A stretch of 64,000 bases of DNA from a virus: IMG/VR virus record IMGVR_UViG_3300023174_000140, positions 1 to 64,000 of that record; one strand, given 5' to 3'. A program made the position numbers and the translations under genes. The notes beneath the pieces were generated by a model that was given only the letters and a program-made list of their open reading frames with translations, was not told where the DNA came from and did not search any database. Shown piece by piece: positions 26,957-34,693 of the stretch. The first letter of the stretch is position 1, and each line of letters opens with the position of its first letter.

Positions 26957-27592
26957 ATGTTCAAAAACAAAAAACAAGCCGAAGAGATTGTTGGCACACT
27001 CTCAAAACCCTCAAAGATGCCTGGATATGCTTATTCAACGCCCGCAAAGCGTTGTCTTATCGGGCAGAAAATGCGGAATGTTGTAGGAAGCATTTGTGCT
27101 TTTTGCTATGCTCTTAAAGGGCGTTATGTTTTCCCCAATGTTCAAAAAGCTATGGAAAAGCGTTTTGCTTCTCTTACCAATGATTTGTGGGTGGATGCTA
27201 TGACATACTTAATCGGCAAGGTTAAGAATCCGCATTTCAGGTGGCACGATTCGGGCGATTTGCAAGGTGTGTGGCATATTGAAAAGATTGTGAAGATTGC
27301 AAAGAATCTTCCTCACATTTCTTTTTGGCTTCCAACTCGTGAATATGCTTTCGTTTCAACCTATATTGAACAAGGCGGTGAAGTTCCTAGCAATCTTACT
27401 ATCCGTTTGTCTGCTCTGATGATGGATGGCCCCGCACCCGTAGGAATTGCACAACGCCTTGGCTTATGCGTTAGCGGTGCAAGCAAGTTAGGAAACTTTA
27501 ACTGCCCAAGCTCCAAGCAAGGCAACAAGTGCGGTGATTGTCGCAAGTGTTGGGATAAAAATGAGTTTGCAATCGACTATAAAAAGCATTAA
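26957..27592 (+). CDS. Gp88-like protein (Cys-rich, radical-SAM-like)
   Basis: SKMPG, C...CAFCYA.KG.Y, FRWHDSGD, FWLPTRE, NLTIRLS, CP...CGDCRKCW. Confidence 0.8.
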   Translation: MFKNKKQAEEIVGTLSKPSKMPGYAYSTPAKRCLIGQKMRNVVGSICAFCYALKGRYVFPNVQKAMEKRFASLTNDLWVDAMTYLIGKVKNPHFRWHDSGDLQGVWHIEKIVKIAKNLPHISFWLPTREYAFVSTYIEQGGEVPSNLTIRLSALMMDGPAPVGIAQRLGLCVSGASKLGNFNCPSSKQGNKCGDCRKCWDKNEFAIDYKKH

Positions 27593-27824
27593 GATGTCTA
27601 GATGACATTAATCTTTTTAATTATCCTTGGAATATTATTATCACTATTTATAACATACTAAAATGAAAATTGAAAAACTCTTAAATGAAAATCTAGAATC
27701 TTTTTATCCTTGGAATGATTCTGATAATCCTCCACTCGACACAAACAAAAGTTTTGTAGAAAAACAGAGAGAGATTGACGAAGTATTCGAAGGTTGGCGA
27801 GCGAGTATGTAAAAAACTTGCTGG

Positions 27825-27901
27825 TGTAAGTCTTTGATTATCAAGGATTTACATCGGCGGCCTCCCTGCGTGCGTAAGTTGTTGATAACCAACTACTTAC
27901 T
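27825..27901. repeat. 77-bp double-palindrome element, copy 6 (at strand convergence)
   Basis: TGTAAGTCTTTGATTATCAAGGATTTACA-19bp-CGTAAGTTGTTGATAACCAACTACTTACT. Confidence 0.9.
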
Positions 27902-28160
27902 CACCACATAAATTTTCATCACCAGCCCAGCCAAAATCCTCCATTTGATAACACCCGCCATTATAGTCTTCGTCAGTTCCATGGCCAGCAGAAGCCATAG
28001 CAGAGTCGAAGTCGCCATCCATAGAGTCGTCTGGCTCGTTCGAGGTTTCGGATTTGATAGCGCGATCATCTTCGCGCATCTGGTTAAGGATGTCGCGCAC
28101 ATCCAGCGGAGACAGCATATGCTGGCTCATCCACTCCTTGAGAGAGGCTTTGTAGTCCAT
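27897..28160 (-). CDS. very acidic protein (DGDFDSAMASAGHGTDEDY motif)
   Basis: GGAGG SD places start at 28160; ASAGxGTDEDY motif recurs in phage early proteins. Confidence 0.7.
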   Translation of the reverse strand: MDYKASLKEWMSQHMLSPLDVRDILNQMREDDRAIKSETSNEPDDSMDGDFDSAMASAGHGTDEDYNGGCYQMEDFGWAGDENLCGE

Positions 28161-28161
28161 A

Positions 28162-28326
28162 TTATTTGACCTCCACAATAGTTTCATTGGAGCCATAGAC
28201 TCCAGACAACGCATCGAGCATTGCATTAACTTCATCATTGGAATTGATGAAATCAAAGAACGCATTAGCGTCCGCATAAACTTCCTCGCAGGTTTCCGTC
28301 GATAGAGCTGTGATTTCGTTTGTCAT
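28162..28326 (-). CDS. small acidic protein (54 aa, MTNEITALST...)
   Basis: below cutoff; TTGCGC-N16-TACATT-N6-ATG on minus strand. Confidence 0.65.
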   Translation of the reverse strand: MTNEITALSTETCEEVYADANAFFDFINSNDEVNAMLDALSGVYGSNETIVEVK

Positions 28327-28381
28327 AGATTAAATGTATCACAGATTATTTTTAGCGCAACATTTATTTTTAAAAAAATTG

Positions 28382-28450
28382 AATAGAAGAATTGCTAATA
28401 GTAAATAGGAAATAGCCTAATAGGAAATAGCTCAATACAAAATAGGAAAT
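28382..28450. repeat. short tandem AATAGGAAAT(AG) repeats
   Basis: AATAGGAAAT three times plus degenerate AATAG units. Confidence 0.7.
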
Positions 28451-28487
28451 CACAATATCAAAATGTTATGCCCGATTTATCTTTATG

Positions 28488-28564
28488 CGTAAGTCGTTGA
28501 CTATCAAGGGTTTACGCGCGCGGCGGGCTTTCTTTTGTAAGTGTTTGATAATCAACATATTTGA
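28488..28564. repeat. 77-bp double-palindrome element, copy 7
   Basis: CGTAAGTCGTTGACTATCAAGGGTTTACG-19bp-TGTAAGTGTTTGATAATCAACATATTTGA. Confidence 0.9.
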
Positions 28565-28632
28565 TCTTTTACTTTCATTCAGGTTTTGTCTAAAAATCGG
28601 TTTGGATCTTTTGCTTTCGTTCAGGTTTTGTC
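28563..28632. repeat. 28-bp direct repeat x2, 42-bp period
   Basis: GATCTTTTRCTTTCRTTCAGGTTTTGTC at 28563 and 28605. Confidence 0.9.
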
Positions 28633-28646
28633 GCAAGATCAGATTT

Positions 28647-28723
28647 TATAAGTTGTTATTTGTTAAGGATTTACGCAAAAAACCTCCCTGCATGCGTAAA
28701 TTGTTGATACTTAGTTACTTACA
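28647..28723. repeat. 77-bp double-palindrome element, copy 8
   Basis: TATAAGTTGTTATTTGTTAAGGATTTACG-19bp-CGTAAATTGTTGATACTTAGTTACTTACA. Confidence 0.85.
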
Positions 28724-28875
28724 GCAGGTCTCGAAGATTCAAACAACTCGCAGAAAGATAGTAAAAAAATCTTTCACGCAAAAAGTTTTTCTGCTCACCA
28801 TTTTTCACAGCGAGTCTATAAGTTTTTTTATTTATTTTGAAAAGTATTTTTTTCATTCGTATTGTTAAGTCCATA

Positions 28876-29082
28876 TTATTTGCTCAACCTTTCTTGTGCA
28901 TCTTTGAGATATTCAAGAGCTTCTCTGATTGATTCGTTTTGCCAACCTTTTGTATAAGGTTTGACTGCTTCTAATTTAATCACAGCAACCGAGAGGCAAC
29001 CTTTTGCCCATCCTTTGTTGTGTGCTTCATTCATTATTTTTTCAACTTCAATTTCCATATTAGTCTCCTTTATATTGTCCAC
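28876..29082 (-). CDS. hypothetical protein
   Basis: minus-strand run; start may be the second Met. Confidence 0.6.
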   Translation of the reverse strand: MDNIKETNMEIEVEKIMNEAHNKGWAKGCLSVAVIKLEAVKPYTKGWQNESIREALEYLKDAQERLSK

Positions 29083-29479
29083 CGCTGTTATATGCTTCAG
29101 AGATTCCAGCAGAGATTCTTTTAGTCAATTTTACTTGTTCTAAAAGTTCTTCGGTTGATTCAACTTTTTTAATGTCGAAGTATTTTCCAACACTCGTCAA
29201 AAGTTCATATCCACCCGAAAGAGTCCAAAGCATTAGATTCTTTAAGAAAGGTAGGTTTGAGTAATGGCTATGCTCTTTTTCATCAGCATACCAGATTTCG
29301 GTTTCAGTAGTTTCACCACCGATTCTCCAAAACGATTTATAGGAAACTTGGATAAAGTCTCCTGCTTTGATGTTGAGCGAACGGAAAGCCTCAACTGCTT
29401 CTTTTTCTTTGCGAGCATTTTCAGCCCTAGCAAGTATCATTTTTTCTCTGAATTGTTTATTCTTTTCTTTTGTTGTCAT
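29060..29479 (-). CDS. hypothetical protein
   Basis: leaderless promoter TTGACA at 29513. Confidence 0.75.
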   Translation of the reverse strand: MTTKEKNKQFREKMILARAENARKEKEAVEAFRSLNIKAGDFIQVSYKSFWRIGGETTETEIWYADEKEHSHYSNLPFLKNLMLWTLSGGYELLTSVGKYFDIKKVESTEELLEQVKLTKRISAGISEAYNSGGQYKGD

Positions 29480-29518
29480 ATCTATAATCTATCACACTTT
29501 CCTATTTTGTCAAGCTAT

Positions 29519-29547
29519 TAAATTTCGTTGATTTACAACGACTTAGG
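29519..29547. repeat. single 29-bp palindrome (half element)
   Basis: TAAATTTCGTTGATTTACAACGACTTAGG. Confidence 0.75.
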
Positions 29548-29721
29548 ACTTTTCCCATTAAGTTTTGCCTTTAGTAAGGCGTGAGCTTTAGCCTTTTCAG
29601 GATTATTCTTTTTCCATTCAGACCATCGCTTTTTACGATTAGCCCAAAGAGCTTGATTTTTTTCTTTGCGTTGAATTTCCCATTCTTGGGAAGTTAATTG
29701 TTTTTTATTATCATTATTCAT
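29533..29721 (-). CDS. small basic protein
   Basis: stop lies within the half element. Confidence 0.6.
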   Translation of the reverse strand: MNNDNKKQLTSQEWEIQRKEKNQALWANRKKRWSEWKKNNPEKAKAHALLKAKLNGKSPKSL

Positions 29722-29722
29722 T

Positions 29723-29998
29723 TTATTTATTTTCCTTTATTAGTTTAGCGTTATTAAGGTTGATAGTTCCAACCTTATCTTTATCTTTACCTTCTAGGAA
29801 GGTTACAACCGCAGTATTTGCAGAAGTTTTGTAAGAAACTTTTACTAGAGTTCCTTCGTAAAGGTATATTTCACCAAAGTAAGTTGGTGTATTGTTAGAG
29901 TTAGTAATGATTACTTCTTCAGAAGCATTCATATTTTTTCGCATATTTTCACGCATTTGTTTTCGTTGAAAATTCCAGTTTATCATTCTATGAGTCAT
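29723..29998 (-). CDS. hypothetical protein
   Basis: minus-strand run. Confidence 0.6.
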   Translation of the reverse strand: MTHRMINWNFQRKQMRENMRKNMNASEEVIITNSNNTPTYFGEIYLYEGTLVKVSYKTSANTAVVTFLEGKDKDKVGTINLNNAKLIKENK

Positions 29999-30071
29999 TT
30001 TATTTTTTTCTTTCTTTGTTATTTGTTATCTTTTATCTTATGTATATAGTTTACCACAATTCCTGCAAAAG

Positions 30072-30260
30072 TCAAATTATTTCTTCAATTTGTTTTTCGT
30101 TGATTATCATAGAGTTATGATGAGCAACTTCAACTTTGTGTTCATATTTCGAGAAACTTTCATCGAGTCTCTTTTGGGATTCTTCAACGGCTTTTTTGAG
30201 GTCAGCCGAAGCTTTGTCTAAATTTCCGAGGAGGATTTCTAATTTTGTTTTTCTTTTCAT
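30072..30260 (-). CDS. small helical protein, paralogue of 31299..31448
   Basis: K.E.L..NL.KAS.DLK.A...KVE..H; promoter TTGCAA at 30294. Confidence 0.75.
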   Translation of the reverse strand: MKRKTKLEILLGNLDKASADLKKAVEESQKRLDESFSKYEHKVEVAHHNSMIINEKQIEEII

Positions 30261-30308
30261 ACTTATAATCTATCAGATTTTAGGATTTTTGCAAGATATT
30301 TTTTCATT

Positions 30309-30385
30309 TAAATTTCATTGACCATCAACGATTTACGCACGCAGGGAGCCCGCATGTGTAAGTCGTTGATATTCAATTACTTACA
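30309..30385. repeat. 77-bp double-palindrome element, copy 9 (overlaps SleB-like stop)
   Basis: TAAATTTCATTGACCATCAACGATTTACG-19bp-TGTAAGTCGTTGATATTCAATTACTTACA. Confidence 0.9.
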
Positions 30386-30758
30386 ACTTGTAAAACTTGT
30401 GGTTGTGTATTGTAGCCACTAGCCTTGCATTCCTAGACCACCTAGGAGCTACGCTAATGGCGTGGTAATGGTTCGCACCCCTTACGATATCGGGCATCTG
30501 CTGATGAATCACAAGGTCTGCGAGGTAGAGAGCGTTCTTACCTTGTGGTGTTGATAGTAGTTTCTTTTTGGTAGCTTCACTTACTCCACCATTCCAGAAG
30601 CTAAACTGCTTTGGTGATAAGCATACTTCTTTAGCAGATTGATGACGCTCTATCATCCTTGTTTGGATAACGCTAGCTACACCAGCCATACCTTCCATAC
30701 CTTCACCCCTAGCTTCACCCAAGAGCGTTAATGCTACAATGAATAGTTCTGCTGTCAT
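30381..30758 (-). CDS. SleB/CwlJ-like cell wall hydrolase (Hydrolase_2)
   Basis: LTLLGEARGEG..GM.GVA.VI..R, QFSFWN, GANHYH, P.W, HKFY. Confidence 0.9.
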   Translation of the reverse strand: MTAELFIVALTLLGEARGEGMEGMAGVASVIQTRMIERHQSAKEVCLSPKQFSFWNGGVSEATKKKLLSTPQGKNALYLADLVIHQQMPDIVRGANHYHAISVAPRWSRNARLVATIHNHKFYKL

Positions 30759-30762
30759 AGGA

Positions 30763-31182
30763 TTAGTCCCTTCCGTTGCTTACTGCACCGCAGTAGTCAG
30801 AAGGTTTCTCTGCACTGATAGTTCCAAGGCTGTATCCCTCGGAGCTACTCGCACCCCATAGGAAACAGGTTTGCCCCATAGCATCCACGATGCTCTGTGC
30901 TTTTGCCTTGGCAAGGTCAAGCAATCCACCCTTACGCCCCTTGGCGTTAATCTTATTCACGAGAGAGTGAAGAGCGACCTTGGTAAGAGCGTGCATCACA
31001 TCATCGGGATGAGCGTAGAAGTAGAACGCTTTGCCGTTGCCCATATCGTGCAACTTGCCGTTAGTTCCTTCCCAATTATATATAGAATTGAAGAAGTGAT
31101 TAATTTGTTTTATGTTTCCTTCGAGGAGGTAAGCATTGTTTTCGCCGAAGGTTTGGTAACTGATTTTTAGGTTTTGTTTCAT
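30763..31182 (-). CDS. hypothetical protein, paralogue of 23879..24265
   Basis: YNWEGTNGKL, KGGL, YSLGTISAEK; TTGACG promoter places start at 31182. Confidence 0.8.
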   Translation of the reverse strand: MKQNLKISYQTFGENNAYLLEGNIKQINHFFNSIYNWEGTNGKLHDMGNGKAFYFYAHPDDVMHALTKVALHSLVNKINAKGRKGGLLDLAKAKAQSIVDAMGQTCFLWGASSSEGYSLGTISAEKPSDYCGAVSNGRD

Positions 31183-31221
31183 AGGTTGTATATTGCCTTT
31201 CTGTTTATGTTTCGTCAAGTA

Positions 31222-31302
31222 TTATTTTGCTGTTACCATACCATAGATGCCCACGAGGATGCTTCCAATGGTAAGGGTGAAGATGAGGGTGTCGATATTC
31301 AT
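31222..31302 (-). CDS. 26-aa single-TM peptide (MNIDTLIFTLTIGSILVGIYGMVTAK)
   Basis: ATGA-coupled to upstream ORF. Confidence 0.5.
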   Translation of the reverse strand: MNIDTLIFTLTIGSILVGIYGMVTAK

Positions 31303-31448
31303 TTAGTCATCGCTTCCTGATGGATAGCTTCCACCTTTTGAGCGTGAGCGTCAAGGGTTGCGATGGCCTTTGTAGAGGCATCCTTAAGGTCTTGGCTAGC
31401 CTTGTTGAGGTTGGCAATCAGTTGTTCGTATTTGCTTAATTTCTTCAT
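31299..31448 (-). CDS. 49-aa helical protein, paralogue of 30072..30260
   Basis: MKKLSKYEQLIANLNKASQDLKDA...KVEAIH; promoter TTGCAG at 31482. Confidence 0.75.
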   Translation of the reverse strand: MKKLSKYEQLIANLNKASQDLKDASTKAIATLDAHAQKVEAIHQEAMTK

Positions 31449-31496
31449 ATAGGTAATCTATCACAGAATAGATTTTCTGCAACATATTTCTTCATT

Positions 31497-31525
31497 TAAA
31501 TTTCATTGATAGTCAACAAGATACG
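31497..31525. repeat. single 29-bp palindrome (half element), last of array
   Basis: TAAATTTCATTGATAGTCAACAAGATACG. Confidence 0.75.
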
Positions 31526-31924
31526 CATGGACATACCCCTACCCCCTATTTTATATTCTTAATTTCTTAAACATAAAGGATGGCTGGCTTCATTGTGGTT
31601 TTGATTTCGCATATGGGTACCCTATTTTTGAAAAGATGGATTGATTTTAATTTTGAATTAATGCGCGGGGGTACTATCTTCAATCTCCACACTATTTATA
31701 ACTATTACTTATTTATACCTTATCTATATATACCCCTACCCCTTTTCTTAAAATCTATTAAAATTCAAACCAATACAATAACCTTAAAGGTCAAAAATTC
31801 CGCTGGGCTATTTTTATTATAAAGTGTTTTTAATATATAGTTATTTTGGAACTATAATATCTTTGCCTTCTACTTTGCGTCCATTAAATGTGTGTGATTT
31901 GCCGCTAGCCATATATACTCTATA

Positions 31925-31942
31925 TTACACAATATAGTGTAA
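31925..31942. promoter_or_regulatory. back-to-back putative late promoters (GTGTAA motif; representative of about 18 copies)
   Basis: TTACAC-AATATA-GTGTAA; other copies at 32655, 33636, 34392, 34704, 40579, 40859, 42287, 48696, 50660, 52744, 52776, 55246, 56500, 60129, mostly 8 nt before ATG. Confidence 0.75.
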
Positions 31943-31952
31943 ATATAAGCAT

Positions 31953-32177
31953 ATGAAAATCAATTTAAAACTAATATCATTAATAACTATCCTTGGTACT
32001 TTATTCTACTTCTTAGGTCATAAAAATAAAAACAATAGTTCAATCGAACAAATAGAACAAGTAACAATAGTTGATAAAAAAACAAATAGCGCAAATTTAT
32101 CATCGCCCAAGGTTTATATTTCTGTTCCGCCAGCCCAAAATGGTTTAGGCATAGGAAATAATTGGAAAAGCAAATGA
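31953..32177 (+). CDS. small membrane-anchored protein
   Basis: N-terminal TM; GTGTAA upstream. Confidence 0.6.
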   Translation: MKINLKLISLITILGTLFYFLGHKNKNNSSIEQIEQVTIVDKKTNSANLSSPKVYISVPPAQNGLGIGNNWKSK

Positions 32178-32650
32178 TTATTCAAAATAAAGAATTAGTA
32201 ACTCCATTTATCAATAACAATAATATAATCCCTAAGAATTTTGTTATATCTGATACTGATTACTTTTGTCCTACATTAGATATGGTAAATATGGAGTTAT
32301 TTCCTAAATATTGGACATGGCTTCAATCATTAAAATTAACAAGATGGATGCATAAATGGGATTGTGATAATTTTGCAGATGCTTTTAAATTATTTTGTTG
32401 TGGATATTATGAACAAGTTATTGAGAGTACTGCAAATGGAATAGCAGTAGGAGTTATTAACTATAAAGCTAATAGTAAAGCAGAAAATGGATTACAAGGT
32501 GGTCATGCTATTAATATAGTTTATATAGATAATGGCAAAAATGATGATGGATCAAATAATTTTTATCCAATTTTTGTTGAACCTCAAAATGGAAAGATAT
32601 ATAGATTAAGTCAAGAAGAGTTTAATAGCATTTGGACAGTTTATATATAA
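32174..32650 (+). CDS. papain/transglutaminase-like cysteine hydrolase (MOA C-terminal-like)
   Basis: WDCDNFA, GHAINI, FVEPQ (Cys-His-Glu). Confidence 0.7.
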   Translation: MIIQNKELVTPFINNNNIIPKNFVISDTDYFCPTLDMVNMELFPKYWTWLQSLKLTRWMHKWDCDNFADAFKLFCCGYYEQVIESTANGIAVGVINYKANSKAENGLQGGHAINIVYIDNGKNDDGSNNFYPIFVEPQNGKIYRLSQEEFNSIWTVYI

Positions 32651-32669
32651 TATAGTGTAATTGTCACCG

Positions 32670-33314
32670 ATGGCTTATCTTAACGTAAATGTTCCTCCAC
32701 TCGAATGTTATGTTCGAGGAAACTATTTAAGAAATCAAGAGGATAGTTTTGATAAGTATTATCCTTGCCTCGTCTTTGGTGCGACAAGTCTTCCTAGTCA
32801 AGTTCCTCTTTTTAATTTTCTTATGGAAGATGGAGGGATTTGGTGGCATGCTCCTATTAGCGCATTTTGTAGTAAACCAAATACAGAAGCAATAGATTTA
32901 CATGAATTAGAATTATGGGATAGTTTTAGTTATCATATAGCAGTAACCAAGTTCTCAGTACTTCAAAATAAAAAAATGAAATATACTGGTCGATCTGGTA
33001 AAGAATATATGGGTCGTTATCTTTTTACATTAGATTGGGCTCATAGTGATTATAACGAACTTAATTTTGGAGTTAGCGAACATCCAGATCAACACAAAGC
33101 TGGTCATGTAATTCAATTAGATAATGGAAATTTTGCTATTCAACCAAACAATAGAATAAAAGTTTTTGATCCAAGCTTCGCAACAAAACCAAATGAAGTA
33201 TTGTTGCATAGAAAAGTAAATAGTCATATCTACACTGTAGAAAACAGCCCTAAGTGGGTCGCAGAAGATAGTGATAGTTATGAATATAAAATAGAGGAAA
33301 TAAAAAGTGAATAA
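32670..33314 (+). CDS. conserved hypothetical phage protein (MAYLN.N.PP...GNFAIQPNNR)
   Basis: motif common in aquatic phages; GTGTAA-N9-ATG. Confidence 0.8.
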   Translation: MAYLNVNVPPLECYVRGNYLRNQEDSFDKYYPCLVFGATSLPSQVPLFNFLMEDGGIWWHAPISAFCSKPNTEAIDLHELELWDSFSYHIAVTKFSVLQNKKMKYTGRSGKEYMGRYLFTLDWAHSDYNELNFGVSEHPDQHKAGHVIQLDNGNFAIQPNNRIKVFDPSFATKPNEVLLHRKVNSHIYTVENSPKWVAEDSDSYEYKIEEIKSE

Positions 33315-33588
33315 AACAATAAACATAACAGAAAGAAACATTTTTGAAGGAGAAAAAGCTAATCCTCAAAATTGTGCAATTGCCAGAGCAATCAAAAAGA
33401 ACATGAAAGGTAAAGTTACTAGCATTGCAGTACTTCCTTCTCATGTTAATATGAGAATTAAAAATAAAGAATATACTGCAGTTATGCCAAAAATTGGAGC
33501 AAACTTTATTAAAAGATTTGACGAGGGCCAAGCTGTTAATTCATTTTCTTTGAATTTAAAATTTAAAGAAGGTTATTCTTTAATCTAA
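33307..33588 (+). CDS. hypothetical protein (CAIARAIK)
   Basis: overlapping ORF. Confidence 0.65.
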   Translation: MNKTINITERNIFEGEKANPQNCAIARAIKKNMKGKVTSIAVLPSHVNMRIKNKEYTAVMPKIGANFIKRFDEGQAVNSFSLNLKFKEGYSLI

Positions 33589-33659
33589 TAAAATTTTAAT
33601 TTTATTAAAATTAATTATAAATTAGTACAATAGGGGTGTAATTATTTACAGTAAGTAAG

Positions 33660-34388
33660 ATGTCTAAAAAAAATAAACAAAAAGAAGACAAGTCAACTCC
33701 AGTTCCTCAAAGAGATAAAATTGAAGGTTTCTTGAATATTCGCGAATTACAATGGACAGATAATCAAAAGAAGTTCATTCAATTACTTCAAGATAAGAAT
33801 ACTAAAATGGTATTTTGTAAAGGTCCAGCAGGAACAGCTAAAAGTTTACTTAGTGTATATGCAGCATTAAATGCCATAAATCAGAAAAAAATTGGAGAAA
33901 TATTTTATATTCGTAATCCAGTAGAAAGTTCATCTCATAATCTTGGATTTTTAAAAGGCGATCTTCATAGCAAACTTGATCCATATCTTCAACCATTAAT
34001 GGATAAACTTCACGAATTACTTCCTAAAAATCAAGTTGAAATGCTTTTAAAGCAAGAACGAGTTAAGGGATTACCAGTAGGATTCTTAAGAGGACTTAGT
34101 ATTAATGCCAGTTATATTATATGCGATGAAGCTCAAAATTTAAGTATTCATGATCTACTTCTAATTACTACTAGAATGGGTAAATTTAGTAAATTAATAT
34201 TAATTGGAGATATAAGACAAGCAGATATTAAGAATAGTGGATTCGATAAAATTTATAATCTTTTTGATGATAAGAAAAGTAAAGACAAAGGGATATGTAC
34301 ATTTAAATTTGGACGAGAAGATATTATGAGAAATGATATATTAGCTTATATTATTGAGAAGTTTGAAGAGTTAGACAATAGTAGATAA
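33660..34388 (+). CDS. phoH: PhoH-like ATPase
   Basis: GPAGTAKS, LGFLKGDL..KLDPYL.PL.D, FLRGLS, DEAQN, TRMG..SK, GD..Q.D. Confidence 0.95.
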   Translation: MSKKNKQKEDKSTPVPQRDKIEGFLNIRELQWTDNQKKFIQLLQDKNTKMVFCKGPAGTAKSLLSVYAALNAINQKKIGEIFYIRNPVESSSHNLGFLKGDLHSKLDPYLQPLMDKLHELLPKNQVEMLLKQERVKGLPVGFLRGLSINASYIICDEAQNLSIHDLLLITTRMGKFSKLILIGDIRQADIKNSGFDKIYNLFDDKKSKDKGICTFKFGREDIMRNDILAYIIEKFEELDNSR

Positions 34389-34405
34389 AAGGTGTAATAA
34401 ACTAT

Positions 34406-34693
34406 ATGTCTGAATACTTCTTTAGAGATAGCGGATTTGAAGCTGAAGCGCTTGCAGCAAATATTACTGGGAATGGAGTTATTTTGAATTCGCCCTCAAA
34501 TGGTAGTATATATTTACTTGGAGTTAGTTGTCATACAAATACAATTTTAAAAGAAAATAATAATAATGGAAATGTATTATTAAACGTTGCTGCTGGAAAC
34601 TATAATTTACCAGCAACAGTTAAAGTTGGTAATGGTGCAAACTTATACGTTACAGGTTCTGGTCCAGTATCAGTAATATACCATACAAATTAA
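34406..34693 (+). CDS. putative small structural protein
   Basis: beta-rich G/N/T composition; GTGTAA-N8-ATG. Confidence 0.6.
   Translation: MSEYFFRDSGFEAEALAANITGNGVILNSPSNGSIYLLGVSCHTNTILKENNNNGNVLLNVAAGNYNLPATVKVGNGANLYVTGSGPVSVIYHTN

Noticed and set aside
28485-28868. 127-aa plus-strand ORF
   Set aside because: Translation of the repeat elements and direct repeats; no promoter or SD
20758-31525. CRISPR array interpretation of palindrome-spacer-palindrome units
   Set aside because: Only two repeats per locus, dispersed between genes; the 19-bp spacers resemble each other; no cas genes
20758-31525. XerCD dif/pdif sites
   Set aside because: Arms lack the TTATGTTAAAT/GCATAA pattern and the 11-6-11 layout; the IHF consensus fits better
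31580-31822. 80-aa ORF at the early/late boundary
   Set aside because: Low-complexity translation with no promoter of either class
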